Positions 55,851 through 64,000 of a DNA stretch of 64,000 nucleotides are shown one piece after another. The notes beneath the pieces were generated by a model. That model saw nothing but the letters and a program-made list of their open reading frames with translations. It made no database searches and was not told the origin of the DNA. Position 1 is the first letter of the stretch, and each line of letters opens with the position of its first letter. The translations under genes were made by a program, and so were the position numbers. This DNA comes from a candidate division WWE3 bacterium RAAC2_WWE3_1 (GTDB lineage: Bacteria > Patescibacteriota > WWE3 > UBA101185 > UBA10185). The DNA lies in the NCBI GenBank assembly GCA_000503835.1, contig CP006914.1, positions 379,909-443,908 on the forward strand. Direction: 5' to 3'.

Positions 55851-56377
55851 GGCCGTTCTTTCACAATGATACAGTCCGGTCCAAGAATACTGCAATCATC
55901 ATTCTTACATTTTGTAAACACCATATCTCCGACTATAGCTGTCTTCATAAAATCAAATCCGGAAGATATAAATATCTGGTTTATATTTGTAAATGCTGCA
56001 GTTCTGTCGGAAGAACATTCAAAAGACCGGTCCGACTTGATTCCTGAATCCGTAACGGTAACTCGGCCTGTGTTTAAATCCAAAATATTATCTATAACAA
56101 AAAGCTTGTAGTTATTAAAAATTTCTGCCCGTTTCTCAGGATTGCTGTTGTAATCACTAAATTCTTCAGACCCTTTGTTTTGCTTGTTTACACCGGGATA
56201 CCGCCCGACATTGGGATCTACCACATACGACTCGTCAAAATATATGGAAAATCGGGAATCTTCCCGGGTCCCGGCACTTTTTCGGACAAGGCTGTTCTCA
56301 AAGAAACGGCTCACAAAATACATTCCCAAGCCTATGAGAATCAAAATCATGAGCAGCAAGATCTTTTCTCTCTTCAC
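55847..56377 (-). CDS. Membrane-anchored hypothetical protein
   Basis: N-terminal TM KILLLMILILIGLGMYFV, 176 aa. Confidence 0.5.
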   Translation of the reverse strand: MKREKILLLMILILIGLGMYFVSRFFENSLVRKSAGTREDSRFSIYFDESYVVDPNVGRYPGVNKQNKGSEEFSDYNSNPEKRAEIFNNYKLFVIDNILDLNTGRVTVTDSGIKSDRSFECSSDRTAAFTNINQIFISSGFDFMKTAIVGDMVFTKCKNDDCSILGPDCIIVKERP

Positions 56378-56476
56378 TAGTTAATTATATGAAGATTATC
56401 AAGGTTAGGTCAATGAAAAAGAAGGGGGTCGGTTAAAGTTACATTTAAACCGACCCTTAAGTAAAAGTTCCTTAAA

Positions 56477-57238
56477 CTACTTGTGACTTTCTACCCAACC
56501 GGGAAAGATATCGGGGCGGGACAGGATGAGCGAATACTCTTCCGCGGTAACCGGTATGATCTTCAGAGGATCGGGCGGTAAATCATCCGGAAAATTAAGC
56601 CCGTATTCCGAAGCCACGTTCTGCATGAACTTTGTTTCGTGCACCCACTCCCAAACAGAAGTCGGGTTGTACACCGACCAGTTAACGTCCGGGTCTATGA
56701 ACGGGCCGTTGTACGGGTAGAGCATGTATGCGTAGGACGTAGACACGTTTGAACCCTTTGCAAATTTATAGAAATTTGCAAGAAACAAGTAGTTACCGGG
56801 GGTTACGGTTCTCTTAGGCTGGTAAATTCCGATAACACATGAATCGGGTTTGTTTACAACAGCGTTCGCCACACCGTTCAAGCCGTTCCCGCAGACGGAG
56901 GTCTCGTAGTTCCATCCCAGGTTTATCCGCAAAAACTCGAGCTGTGAACCGTAAAATGTATACCCACTTAGCGGTGTAGCAGACAGTACCGGAGTCCGGG
57001 TTGCTGTCGATGTGGCGGTACTGGAAGGAACTGGTGTACTTGAGGGAACCTGCGTACCCGTCGGAACCGGAGTAAATTCTATCGTATTTGTTGCACTAGC
57101 AACTAAAGTCACACCCGTGACCTCTACAGCTTCCGGCTTCGGAAGAGTCCCCGATATCCCCGACCACGCTACCACACCAATGACTACAGCAACGAGCAAA
57201 ACAGCAACTCCAACCGGAAAGAACCGTTTTTTGTCCAT
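56477..57238 (-). CDS. Secreted/membrane-anchored protein with Thr/Pro/Ser-rich linker
   Basis: N-terminal anchor FFPVGVAVLLVAVVIGVVAW followed by low-complexity TPVPSSTPVPSSTATSTATRTPV. Confidence 0.5.
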   Translation of the reverse strand: MDKKRFFPVGVAVLLVAVVIGVVAWSGISGTLPKPEAVEVTGVTLVASATNTIEFTPVPTGTQVPSSTPVPSSTATSTATRTPVLSATPLSGYTFYGSQLEFLRINLGWNYETSVCGNGLNGVANAVVNKPDSCVIGIYQPKRTVTPGNYLFLANFYKFAKGSNVSTSYAYMLYPYNGPFIDPDVNWSVYNPTSVWEWVHETKFMQNVASEYGLNFPDDLPPDPLKIIPVTAEEYSLILSRPDIFPGWVESHK

Positions 57239-57392
57239 CTCCTCGCCTCCTTTTCTCTCTCAGATTATTTGACTTTATTTGGGATAATTGCTCTTAAAGA
57301 CTAACTGCAAAATAGCATAAAAAGGCCTGCGGTACAACTTAAGGCACATTAATTGAAAATACCGGTCGAGCAAAACGGAGTCTTATTTTAGA

Positions 57393-57776
57393 TTAAACGC
57401 CCGAAAACCTTCCCACTTCCTCAACAACCTTATCGGGATTCACTTCGGATTTTATCAGGTAGCCGTCGGCGCCAAGCTTAAAAGCTTCCTGAATAATGTG
57501 CTCACTGTTCAGGTTGGTAAGAACAACCACAGGGCCTTTTTTCAACTCCGGTGTTTCCTTAAGGTCCTTCAATATCTTAAGACCGTCCTTACCCGGAAGC
57601 ATTATATCCAGGAGCAGTATGCTCCAGTCGGAATTTTTAATCTTGTCTCCTCCAATCTCCCCGTTAGGAGCTTGGTCAACCACATAACCCGCATTTTGCA
57701 GGACTTCCGCATAGATGGTTCTAATATCCTGCTCGTCCTCAATTATTAGTACTTTGTTTTTTGTTTTATCAGGCAT
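57393..57776 (-). CDS. Stand-alone response regulator receiver (CheY-like)
   Basis: KVLIIEDE...LLLDIMLPGKDG (phospho-acceptor Asp), T and K positions conserved (LTNL ... K). Confidence 0.8.
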   Translation of the reverse strand: MPDKTKNKVLIIEDEQDIRTIYAEVLQNAGYVVDQAPNGEIGGDKIKNSDWSILLLDIMLPGKDGLKILKDLKETPELKKGPVVVLTNLNSEHIIQEAFKLGADGYLIKSEVNPDKVVEEVGRFSGV

Positions 57777-57837
57777 AAGTTATTTATAACACACCCTGCT
57801 ATAGTCAACAAACAAATTTTCTAGTTTAATATACATA

Positions 57838-59232
57838 ATGCCCGATAGAATAGTAGAGATAAAAGAGAGTGAAATATTCAAACTCATTGATAAGAACCGT
57901 GCGCTTGACGCCACATATAAATTAGTCGAAACAATTTTAGAGACCACTGAATTTGACGAACTCACACAAAAAATAGCCGACATAATACCTAACGCCCTCG
58001 GATATGAATTGGGGATTCTGGCGTTGATAGACCATAAAAGTAACGTCCTAAGAAAAATCTCTCTCTCAAAGGGCATGGGGGACACAGAAAAACAGGTGCA
58101 ATTAGAGGAATTTTTCGGAGAGCTGACGATACCTTTCGGCTACGCGGACAACATTTGTATACAATCTATAGAAACCAAAAAACAGGTGGTCAGTCCTTAC
58201 ATATGGGATGTTTTCAAACCGACTTTAACCAGACAACAGGCAGAAAGCATCCAGGAAATAACAGGAACAAGATCACATATTGTAACCCCGCTGTTCTCGC
58301 ATGATAGGGTTATCGGTGCAATCATAGTAAGCCTCGCCAAAGAGGTTGATAAAGTAACTGATTTCGAAAAAGAAATGCTGAAAAAATTCTCCGAAAGTGC
58401 GGGTGTCGCAGTAGAGAACTCAAAACTTTACACAAACCTAAAAAGGGCCAAAGAAGATTTGCACAAAGCGTACGAAAATATGAAAGTGTTAAACACCCTG
58501 AAAGATGAGTTTCTCTCCGTGGCTTCTCATGAACTTAGAACTCCCATGACAATAGTAAAAAGCTATCTTTGGATGCTGGAAAAACAAAAAGCCGGAAAAT
58601 TGAACCAAAAACAACTTGAATATCTTAATAAAGCTTTGGTAGGTACCCAGAGAATGATTTCCCTTATAAACGATATGCTGGACATTTCCAAGTTCGAGAG
58701 GAAGAAGGTTTCGTTCTCTATTACTCAAATCAACCTTGTCAATGTCATTAAAGACGTACTCTCTAACTTTGACGTCAGGGTAGGGGAGAAGGGTTTAAAG
58801 TTAGAATTCAATTCTCCGACGGATGAGGTTCTGGTCGACGCTGATCCTGAAAAGCTGAGAGATGTGTTCACAAATCTGGTGGAAAACGCAGTGAAGTTCA
58901 CGAAGGAAGGTACCATATCCATATCGATAGAGGAGTACGAAGAGTTTTACAGAATTTCCATAAAGGACACCGGGGCGGGTGTGGACAAAAAAGACCTTCC
59001 CAAGCTTTTCCATAAGTTCGGGAGGATAGACAACAGCTACACTATCGCCACCGATTCGGGAGGCACGGGCCTGGGATTGTACATTGTAAAGCTCTACATT
59101 CACGGTATGGGTGGGATGGTAGGAGCCGATTCAGAAGGTATCGGAATGGGAAGCACTTTTTGGATTACTCTTCCGAAAAACAAAATTAAAAAGTTCGGTG
59201 TCAGTTTAAGACAGGTTGAGATACCAGTTTAA
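57838..59232 (+). CDS. Cytoplasmic sensor histidine kinase with GAF domain
   Basis: H-box FLSVASHELRTPM; HATPase N (LVENAVKFT), G1 DTGAGV, G2 GGTGLGLYIVK; no TM helices; 3' end overlaps pilD by 27 nt. Confidence 0.85.
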   Translation: MPDRIVEIKESEIFKLIDKNRALDATYKLVETILETTEFDELTQKIADIIPNALGYELGILALIDHKSNVLRKISLSKGMGDTEKQVQLEEFFGELTIPFGYADNICIQSIETKKQVVSPYIWDVFKPTLTRQQAESIQEITGTRSHIVTPLFSHDRVIGAIIVSLAKEVDKVTDFEKEMLKKFSESAGVAVENSKLYTNLKRAKEDLHKAYENMKVLNTLKDEFLSVASHELRTPMTIVKSYLWMLEKQKAGKLNQKQLEYLNKALVGTQRMISLINDMLDISKFERKKVSFSITQINLVNVIKDVLSNFDVRVGEKGLKLEFNSPTDEVLVDADPEKLRDVFTNLVENAVKFTKEGTISISIEEYEEFYRISIKDTGAGVDKKDLPKLFHKFGRIDNSYTIATDSGGTGLGLYIVKLYIHGMGGMVGADSEGIGMGSTFWITLPKNKIKKFGVSLRQVEIPV

Positions 59233-60096
59233 TATTTCAATACCCCAGACAAAAGCAACCAGACTTCCCAGAATCAGGAACGGGCCGAACGGTACAACAC
59301 TTTTTAGTGTTTTTTTGCGGGACAGAACAAGCCCGATACTTACAACCGCTCCTATAAAAAATCCCAGAAATACTGCTAACAAATTGTACGGAAAACCATT
59401 CACCAGTCCGACAAGTAACCCAAGCCTTATGTCTCCGCCACCCATACCTCTTCCGCGCGTTACCCAAACAATAAAGAAAAAGAATAAGGCGATAGCTATA
59501 GCAGAAACAAAATTAAAACCGAGAGAACGCACCGCTGTCTCAACCTGACTCTCAAAAAATCCTGCTTTTAACAGATAGCGCCCGAAGTCATCATTCTGCA
59601 GTCTGTCTCGATACTCGTACAGATTGATTACCGTTGTTGATAAATTAAAAAGCGCAACAAAAATTATGGCGGGAACTACTATTTTATCGGGAACAAGTAA
59701 ATATTTAAGATCCGTGAGCAATAGAATCTCAAAAAATGAAAATACTACGGCCAAAAAGAGAAACCCTACTAAAGTAGAGACGGAAAAGGGTTCGAAAAAA
59801 GAAAACTTTGACAGAGTCGCGGCAAGAACCAAAAACAGCCCGGCGAGTACTTCGGAAAAAGGGTGGTACCACGAAAGACCGGTCTTACAATACGAACACT
59901 TTCCTTTCTGCACCAAGAATGAAATAACCGGAATAAGGTTGAGGGGTTTTAATTCCTCTCCGCACTTATCGCATTTCGAATGATCGGCGACGATTTTTCC
60001 GCCCTTTACAACACGGTCCGAAACAAGATTTAAAAAAGAACCCAGAGCGGTTCCGAAAATAAAAATAAGACCAAGATTGATATAACTTAACACCAT
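59206..60096 (-). CDS. pilD: Prepilin peptidase (A24 family)
   Basis: N-terminal CxxC...CxxC Zn motif (CDKCGEEL...CSYCKTGL), catalytic Asp-containing helices, 8 TM. Confidence 0.85.
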   Translation of the reverse strand: MVLSYINLGLIFIFGTALGSFLNLVSDRVVKGGKIVADHSKCDKCGEELKPLNLIPVISFLVQKGKCSYCKTGLSWYHPFSEVLAGLFLVLAATLSKFSFFEPFSVSTLVGFLFLAVVFSFFEILLLTDLKYLLVPDKIVVPAIIFVALFNLSTTVINLYEYRDRLQNDDFGRYLLKAGFFESQVETAVRSLGFNFVSAIAIALFFFFIVWVTRGRGMGGGDIRLGLLVGLVNGFPYNLLAVFLGFFIGAVVSIGLVLSRKKTLKSVVPFGPFLILGSLVAFVWGIEILNWYLNLS

Positions 60097-60129
60097 ATAG
60101 CAGATTCTCGCACCTTTTTAAAAATTGCA

Positions 60130-60156
60130 CAACAAAAAAGGCCCCCGTTAGAGAGC
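60130..60156 (-). terminator. Possible intrinsic terminator/attenuator after major pilin gene (minus strand)
   Basis: Minus-strand GGCTC-tctaacg-GGGGCC followed by TTTTTTGTTG between pilin stop and pilD start. Confidence 0.4.
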
Positions 60157-60182
60157 CTTTCTCGCTGATTGCCGGCAACCAA

Positions 60183-60695
60183 CTAAGGAAGTATCAAAAG
60201 ACTTGTACCAGCTTCATATGCTGCTGCATTATTTCCTCCGTCCGTAGTCATCTTCGCTGTGTTGTCCGCGTGTTCTAGCACAACATTGACCTCGAAATCA
60301 GTTGCTGTGGATCCGAATGTGTATACGTGCGTGCCCACTGCAGATACTGTGCCGTTAATAGGATCTATCGGCAAAACAGGAACGAACTTCGAAAGCCCTG
60401 TCTTTCCTGTCGGGATCGAGAACTTTACCCAACCCGTACCGTCCAGACCTCTGTTCGTTTCGGTACTTGTACAGCTCGCGCAGACACCTGTCGGACTGAG
60501 AGTAATCTCAGTATCGGTAAGAGCCAAGTTAATAGCTTTGGTTAATGAGTCAATGTCGGACAGTCTTTTCGCATCTCTTGATTTCTGGATCATCGACTGA
60601 GGATTAATAGCAACTAACAGAGCACCTGCTAAGATACCTACGATGGCAATAACCACCAAAAGCTCGACTAATGTAAAACCTTTTTGTTTTCTCAT
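60183..60695 (-). CDS. pilA: Type IV major pilin candidate (PilA/GspG-like)
   Basis: KGFTLVELLVVIAIVGILAGALLVAI class III signal, SRDAKRLSDI; positioned between pilC and pilD. Confidence 0.8.
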   Translation of the reverse strand: MRKQKGFTLVELLVVIAIVGILAGALLVAINPQSMIQKSRDAKRLSDIDSLTKAINLALTDTEITLSPTGVCASCTSTETNRGLDGTGWVKFSIPTGKTGLSKFVPVLPIDPINGTVSAVGTHVYTFGSTATDFEVNVVLEHADNTAKMTTDGGNNAAAYEAGTSLLILP

Positions 60696-60740
60696 AGTAG
60701 TTCTATCTTTTTCACCTCCTCGCTCAATAAAATCTTTTAA

Positions 60741-61943
60741 CTAGATTGACTGTGTAATTTTGTAAATAGGTGTAATGATCGAGATGATTAAAAATCCTAC
60801 CATAACACCCAATATAATGAGTATGATAGGTTCGAGCGCGGCTGACAAGCCTTTTACTTTATTATCCACTTCGCCCTCATAATATATGGCAACACGATCC
60901 AGTACCTCATCCATCTTTCCTGTTTCTTCCCCGACATTTGCCATTTGCGAGAGAAGGGGAGGGAATTGTTCTGAAGATTTAAAAAAGCTGGAGAGTGATG
61001 TTCCTTTTTCAACCTGTCTTGCCGCGTTCAGCACGGCCATTCTGAATGTGGGGCTGGACATGACGGTCGAAACTATTCCCAGTGCCTCAACTATAGGGAC
61101 TGCCGAGTTTATGAGCAAGGCCAGGGTTTTGCTGAATTGCGCAAAATCCTTGTCCTTGTTTATTTTCCCAAAAACAGGGAGCCTCATTGTTACTTCCGCG
61201 ATATAATATTTCCCTTTGTCACTTTTTGCGTAATACCTGATCGCAAGCACCAGCGCGGCGGCAATGATGGATATCACAACTATATTTTTGACCATAAAAT
61301 CCGAGGTTGAGATCATCACGCGCGTCACTATAGGAAGCTCGACATCCATACTTTTGTACATGTCCGCAAGTTTGGGGACGACAAAAACCATAAGTACCAC
61401 GAATACACCGATCATTGCTATCATGACAACAATGGGATATATCATCGCACCTTTGAACCTGGAATTCAGATCCCTCTGGGCTTCCATATTGTCAGCCAAT
61501 CTTTTTAAAATAATATCCATTTTGCCTGAAGATTCTCCGGCTTTCACAAGTGCCTGATAAGTAACCGAAAATACTTCCGGGTATCTTCCGAGTGCCGTAG
61601 AAAGCGAGGCGCCCCCTTCAACATTTCTTAGAATATCGTAGATGATCTTTTTAAAATTCTGGCTTTGAGTTTGAGCGGCCAGCACTTCCAGGGCACGGGA
61701 AATAGGCAGTCCTGCCGAAATCATGGTAGAAAACTGTCTCGTAAATGTGACAACATCCCCTTGGGAAACTCCGCGAAAATTCAAAAACGTATCGAAAATG
61801 GTTTCTCTCTTCTCCTGGATGGAAATAACATACATCCCCTGGCCTTTTAACAAGGACACCGCAAGATCTTTGGTCCGTGCGTCGACAGATCCGCCGACCG
61901 TCTTTCCTGCCATGTTCTTAGCTGTATACGTGTATATCGCCAT
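60741..61943 (-). CDS. pilC: Type IV pilus inner-membrane platform protein PilC (GspF family)
   Basis: Two GspF repeats, 400 aa, three TM segments; downstream of pilT. Confidence 0.9.
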   Translation of the reverse strand: MAIYTYTAKNMAGKTVGGSVDARTKDLAVSLLKGQGMYVISIQEKRETIFDTFLNFRGVSQGDVVTFTRQFSTMISAGLPISRALEVLAAQTQSQNFKKIIYDILRNVEGGASLSTALGRYPEVFSVTYQALVKAGESSGKMDIILKRLADNMEAQRDLNSRFKGAMIYPIVVMIAMIGVFVVLMVFVVPKLADMYKSMDVELPIVTRVMISTSDFMVKNIVVISIIAAALVLAIRYYAKSDKGKYYIAEVTMRLPVFGKINKDKDFAQFSKTLALLINSAVPIVEALGIVSTVMSSPTFRMAVLNAARQVEKGTSLSSFFKSSEQFPPLLSQMANVGEETGKMDEVLDRVAIYYEGEVDNKVKGLSAALEPIILIILGVMVGFLIISIITPIYKITQSI

Positions 61944-61945
61944 AC

Positions 61946-63019
61946 CTATTTCACCATTTTAGAATCTATTAAGCGTCTAAAATCTTCGGGTCTTAAGGTG
62001 TACTTTATACCTTCCTGGAAATCGACAAGTCCGTTATTCACCAGATAAGCTATTGATCTGTCTAAACTCACCATTCCCACCTGAGAACTGGTATTAATGA
62101 CGTTGTCTATCATGTGAGCTTTACCTTCGCGGATCAAATTCTTCACGGCGTCACTTCCCAGCATTATTTCCACGGCCGGGACTACACCTTTAGTGGGGGA
62201 GGGTATTAATCTTTGTGAAATGACTACTTCCAGCACTTGCGATAGCTGAACCCTTACTTCATTCTGCTTTTCCGAAGGGAAGGACGAAACTATTCTTTCG
62301 ACGGTCTGCGAAGCAGAATTGGTGTGTAAGGTGGCAAAAACCAAATGTCCTGTTTCGGCAATTTCCAGCGCGGAAGAGATTGTTTCCGAATCCCTCATTT
62401 CACCGACGAGAATGACATTGGGATCCTGTCGGAGCATGGATTTTAAGGCAACGGTCCAGTCGTGTGTGTCCAGAAACATTTCTCTTTGCTCAACTAAAGA
62501 TTTTTTATTGGCGAAAATGTATTCGATAGGGTCTTCGACCGTCAGTATGTGCTCGGGACGGTCTTCGTTTATTTTATCTATCATCGATGCTATGGTGGTC
62601 GATTTACCGTGACCGGTAGGTCCCACGACCAATATCAACCCCGACTTTATCCTGCATAGATTCACCAAGTAAGGAGGAAGGTTTAGGGCCTCAAGGGAGG
62701 GTATCGACATAGGTATGTGACGTAGAGCCGCCGAAGGGTATCCTTTTTGAAAAAACGCGTTGACCCTAAACCTGGCCTTGCCACCGAGCGCAACCGAAAA
62801 ATCCAGCTCTTTATTAACTTCCAGTACTTCTCTTTGCTGAGTGTCCAGTATTTGTGAGAGGAAGTATTCGACGTCATCGACCGTAAGTACATCAAAATCT
62901 TCGAGCGTGGAAAGGACGGTCTTGATCCTAACATAAGGCTTACTTCCCACAGAAACGTGCAGATCCGACGCATTCAGCGAAACGACCCTTTCTAATAGTT
63001 GTGTTGCATTAAGTTTCAT
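61946..63019 (-). CDS. pilT: Twitching-motility retraction ATPase PilT
   Basis: Walker A GPTGHGKSTT, Asp box, Walker B ILVGEMRD, His box, 357 aa without N-terminal extension. Confidence 0.9.
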   Translation of the reverse strand: MKLNATQLLERVVSLNASDLHVSVGSKPYVRIKTVLSTLEDFDVLTVDDVEYFLSQILDTQQREVLEVNKELDFSVALGGKARFRVNAFFQKGYPSAALRHIPMSIPSLEALNLPPYLVNLCRIKSGLILVVGPTGHGKSTTIASMIDKINEDRPEHILTVEDPIEYIFANKKSLVEQREMFLDTHDWTVALKSMLRQDPNVILVGEMRDSETISSALEIAETGHLVFATLHTNSASQTVERIVSSFPSEKQNEVRVQLSQVLEVVISQRLIPSPTKGVVPAVEIMLGSDAVKNLIREGKAHMIDNVINTSSQVGMVSLDRSIAYLVNNGLVDFQEGIKYTLRPEDFRRLIDSKMVK

Positions 63020-63043
63020 AATTTTATCCTCTCCTTATCTTAT

Positions 63044-64000
63044 TTACTTGGCGACCCTCAATACCTCTTCGAGCGTTGTCATACCTTCAACAATGCGAAG
63101 GTAACCGTCCTGAAGCAAGGTCAACATGCCAAGTTTTACCGCAGTTTCGTGAATCTTGCTTGATGGGGCGTTCTCAAGGATAAGGTGTGATATTTCTTCG
63201 GACATGTAGAGAAGTTCAAAAATTCCCAGTCGTCCTCTGTAACCGACGTTGCCGCATTTCGGACAACCTTTTCCGCGCCATAACATGAGTTTTTCTTTAC
63301 CGCTCACATTTTTCAAGATCTTTGAAATCTCAGGGTCTCTGGCTAATAACACTTTGTTCTCAGCAACTTCCGCCATTATTTTCTTTACACTTTCCTGTAC
63401 CTCTTCGGGAGGTTCGTATTCTTCTTTGCAGTCCACACAAATCTTTCGGACCAATCGTTGGGCAAGAATGGCATTAACAGTAGAGGCAAGTAAGAAATTC
63501 TCGACTCCCATGTCAAGCAGCCTGGGCAACGCACCTGCCGCTGAATTGGTGTGAAGAGTAGACAGGACCAAGTGTCCTGTAAGAGCGGCATGAACCGCGA
63601 GCTCTGCCGTATCTCCGTCGCGTATCTCACCGACCATGATAATGTTGGGGTCCTGTCTTAAAAATGATCTCAACCCGTCGGCAAAATTTAACCCCGCCTG
63701 AGGATTGACTTGTACCTGATTTACCCCCGGCACCCGTATTTCTACCGGGTCTTCCAGTGTGACGATGTTAACGCGAATAGTGTTCAATTTACTCAAAGCG
63801 GACGCCAAAGTTACGGTTTTCCCTGAACCTGTAGGACCTGTTACCAGAAGCATTCCGTTCGGCTTTAATGAAGCCTCTTCAAATCTTTTTAAAGTAGAAC
63901 CGCGCATACCGAGGTCGCGGAATGAAAAAACCGTACCTTCTTCTTTGAGCAACCTGATAACAACTTTTTCACCGTAAATAGTGGGCAGGGTAGAGATTCT
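63044..64000 (-). CDS. pilB: Type IV pilus assembly ATPase PilB/GspE (5'-truncated by window edge)
   Basis: Walker A GPTGSGKTVT, Walker B IMVGEIRD, tetracysteine CVDC...CPKC; reading frame stays open to position 64000 (…RISTLPTIYGEKVVIRLLKEEG…). Confidence 0.85.
   Translation of the reverse strand, partial: RISTLPTIYGEKVVIRLLKEEGTVFSFRDLGMRGSTLKRFEEASLKPNGMLLVTGPTGSGKTVTLASALSKLNTIRVNIVTLEDPVEIRVPGVNQVQVNPQAGLNFADGLRSFLRQDPNIIMVGEIRDGDTAELAVHAALTGHLVLSTLHTNSAAGALPRLLDMGVENFLLASTVNAILAQRLVRKICVDCKEEYEPPEEVQESVKKIMAEVAENKVLLARDPEISKILKNVSGKEKLMLWRGKGCPKCGNVGYRGRLGIFELLYMSEEISHLILENAPSSKIHETAVKLGMLTLLQDGYLRIVEGMTTLEEVLRVAK

Noticed and set aside
1-64000. CRISPR arrays, rRNA genes, transposases/IS elements
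   Set aside because: No regularly spaced direct repeats, no rRNA-like conserved stretches and no transposase/integrase-like ORFs were seen on reading the window.

Overview
The window reads as a low-GC (about 40-45% by eye), gene-dense, reduced bacterial genome. It is consistent with a Patescibacteria/CPR-like organism, which is an inference from shortened housekeeping proteins, an ACP relic, the absence of fatty-acid genes around rpmF, and a very large type IV pilus locus.

**Core content**
- Pseudouridine synthases (RsuA/RluB-type and truB) and a yrdC fusion.
- tig-clpP.
- thrS-infC-rpmI-rplT.
- pheS-pheT.
- A class A PBP.
- tyrS.
- recG-rsmD.
- rpmF-nusB-ACP-like-rnc.
- rpsP-KH-trmD.
- A P-type ATPase, two ABC exporters and an MFS transporter.
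- Three tRNAs: Pro-UGG, Leu-UAG and Val-GAC.

**Type IV pilus locus**
About 18.5 kb on the minus strand (45.5-64 kb) holds a complete type IV pilus/pseudopilus system. Gene order is pilB (5'-truncated at the window edge), pilT, pilC, major pilin, pilD, then a divergent GAF-histidine kinase and a REC gene. These are followed by secreted and Cys-rich proteins, four tandem GspG/PilA-like pilins, three minor pilins, two PilX-like paralogs and pilM-pilN-pilO.

**Accessory content**
1. Next to tRNA-Pro, a translationally coupled radical-SAM/SPASM maturase carries an N-terminal RRE-like domain. It is paired with a 65-aa precursor-like peptide whose 46-aa core has 16 Cys and many Asp/Glu. This is a RiPP-like pair and the most interesting candidate system here.
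2. Next to tRNA-Leu sits a 34-nt duplicate of the tRNA 5' half. It is followed by an AT-rich islet encoding an Amidase_2 and a Phd/YefM-RelE/ParE toxin-antitoxin pair.
3. A vWA protein is paired with a membrane-anchored J-domain protein.
4. A YrdC/TsaC enzyme is fused to a TM helix plus a domain of unknown function.
5. An ACP homolog lacks the phosphopantetheine-acceptor Ser.

Several intrinsic terminators and small RBS-supported micro-ORFs are noted. No CRISPR array, rRNA or transposase was seen.
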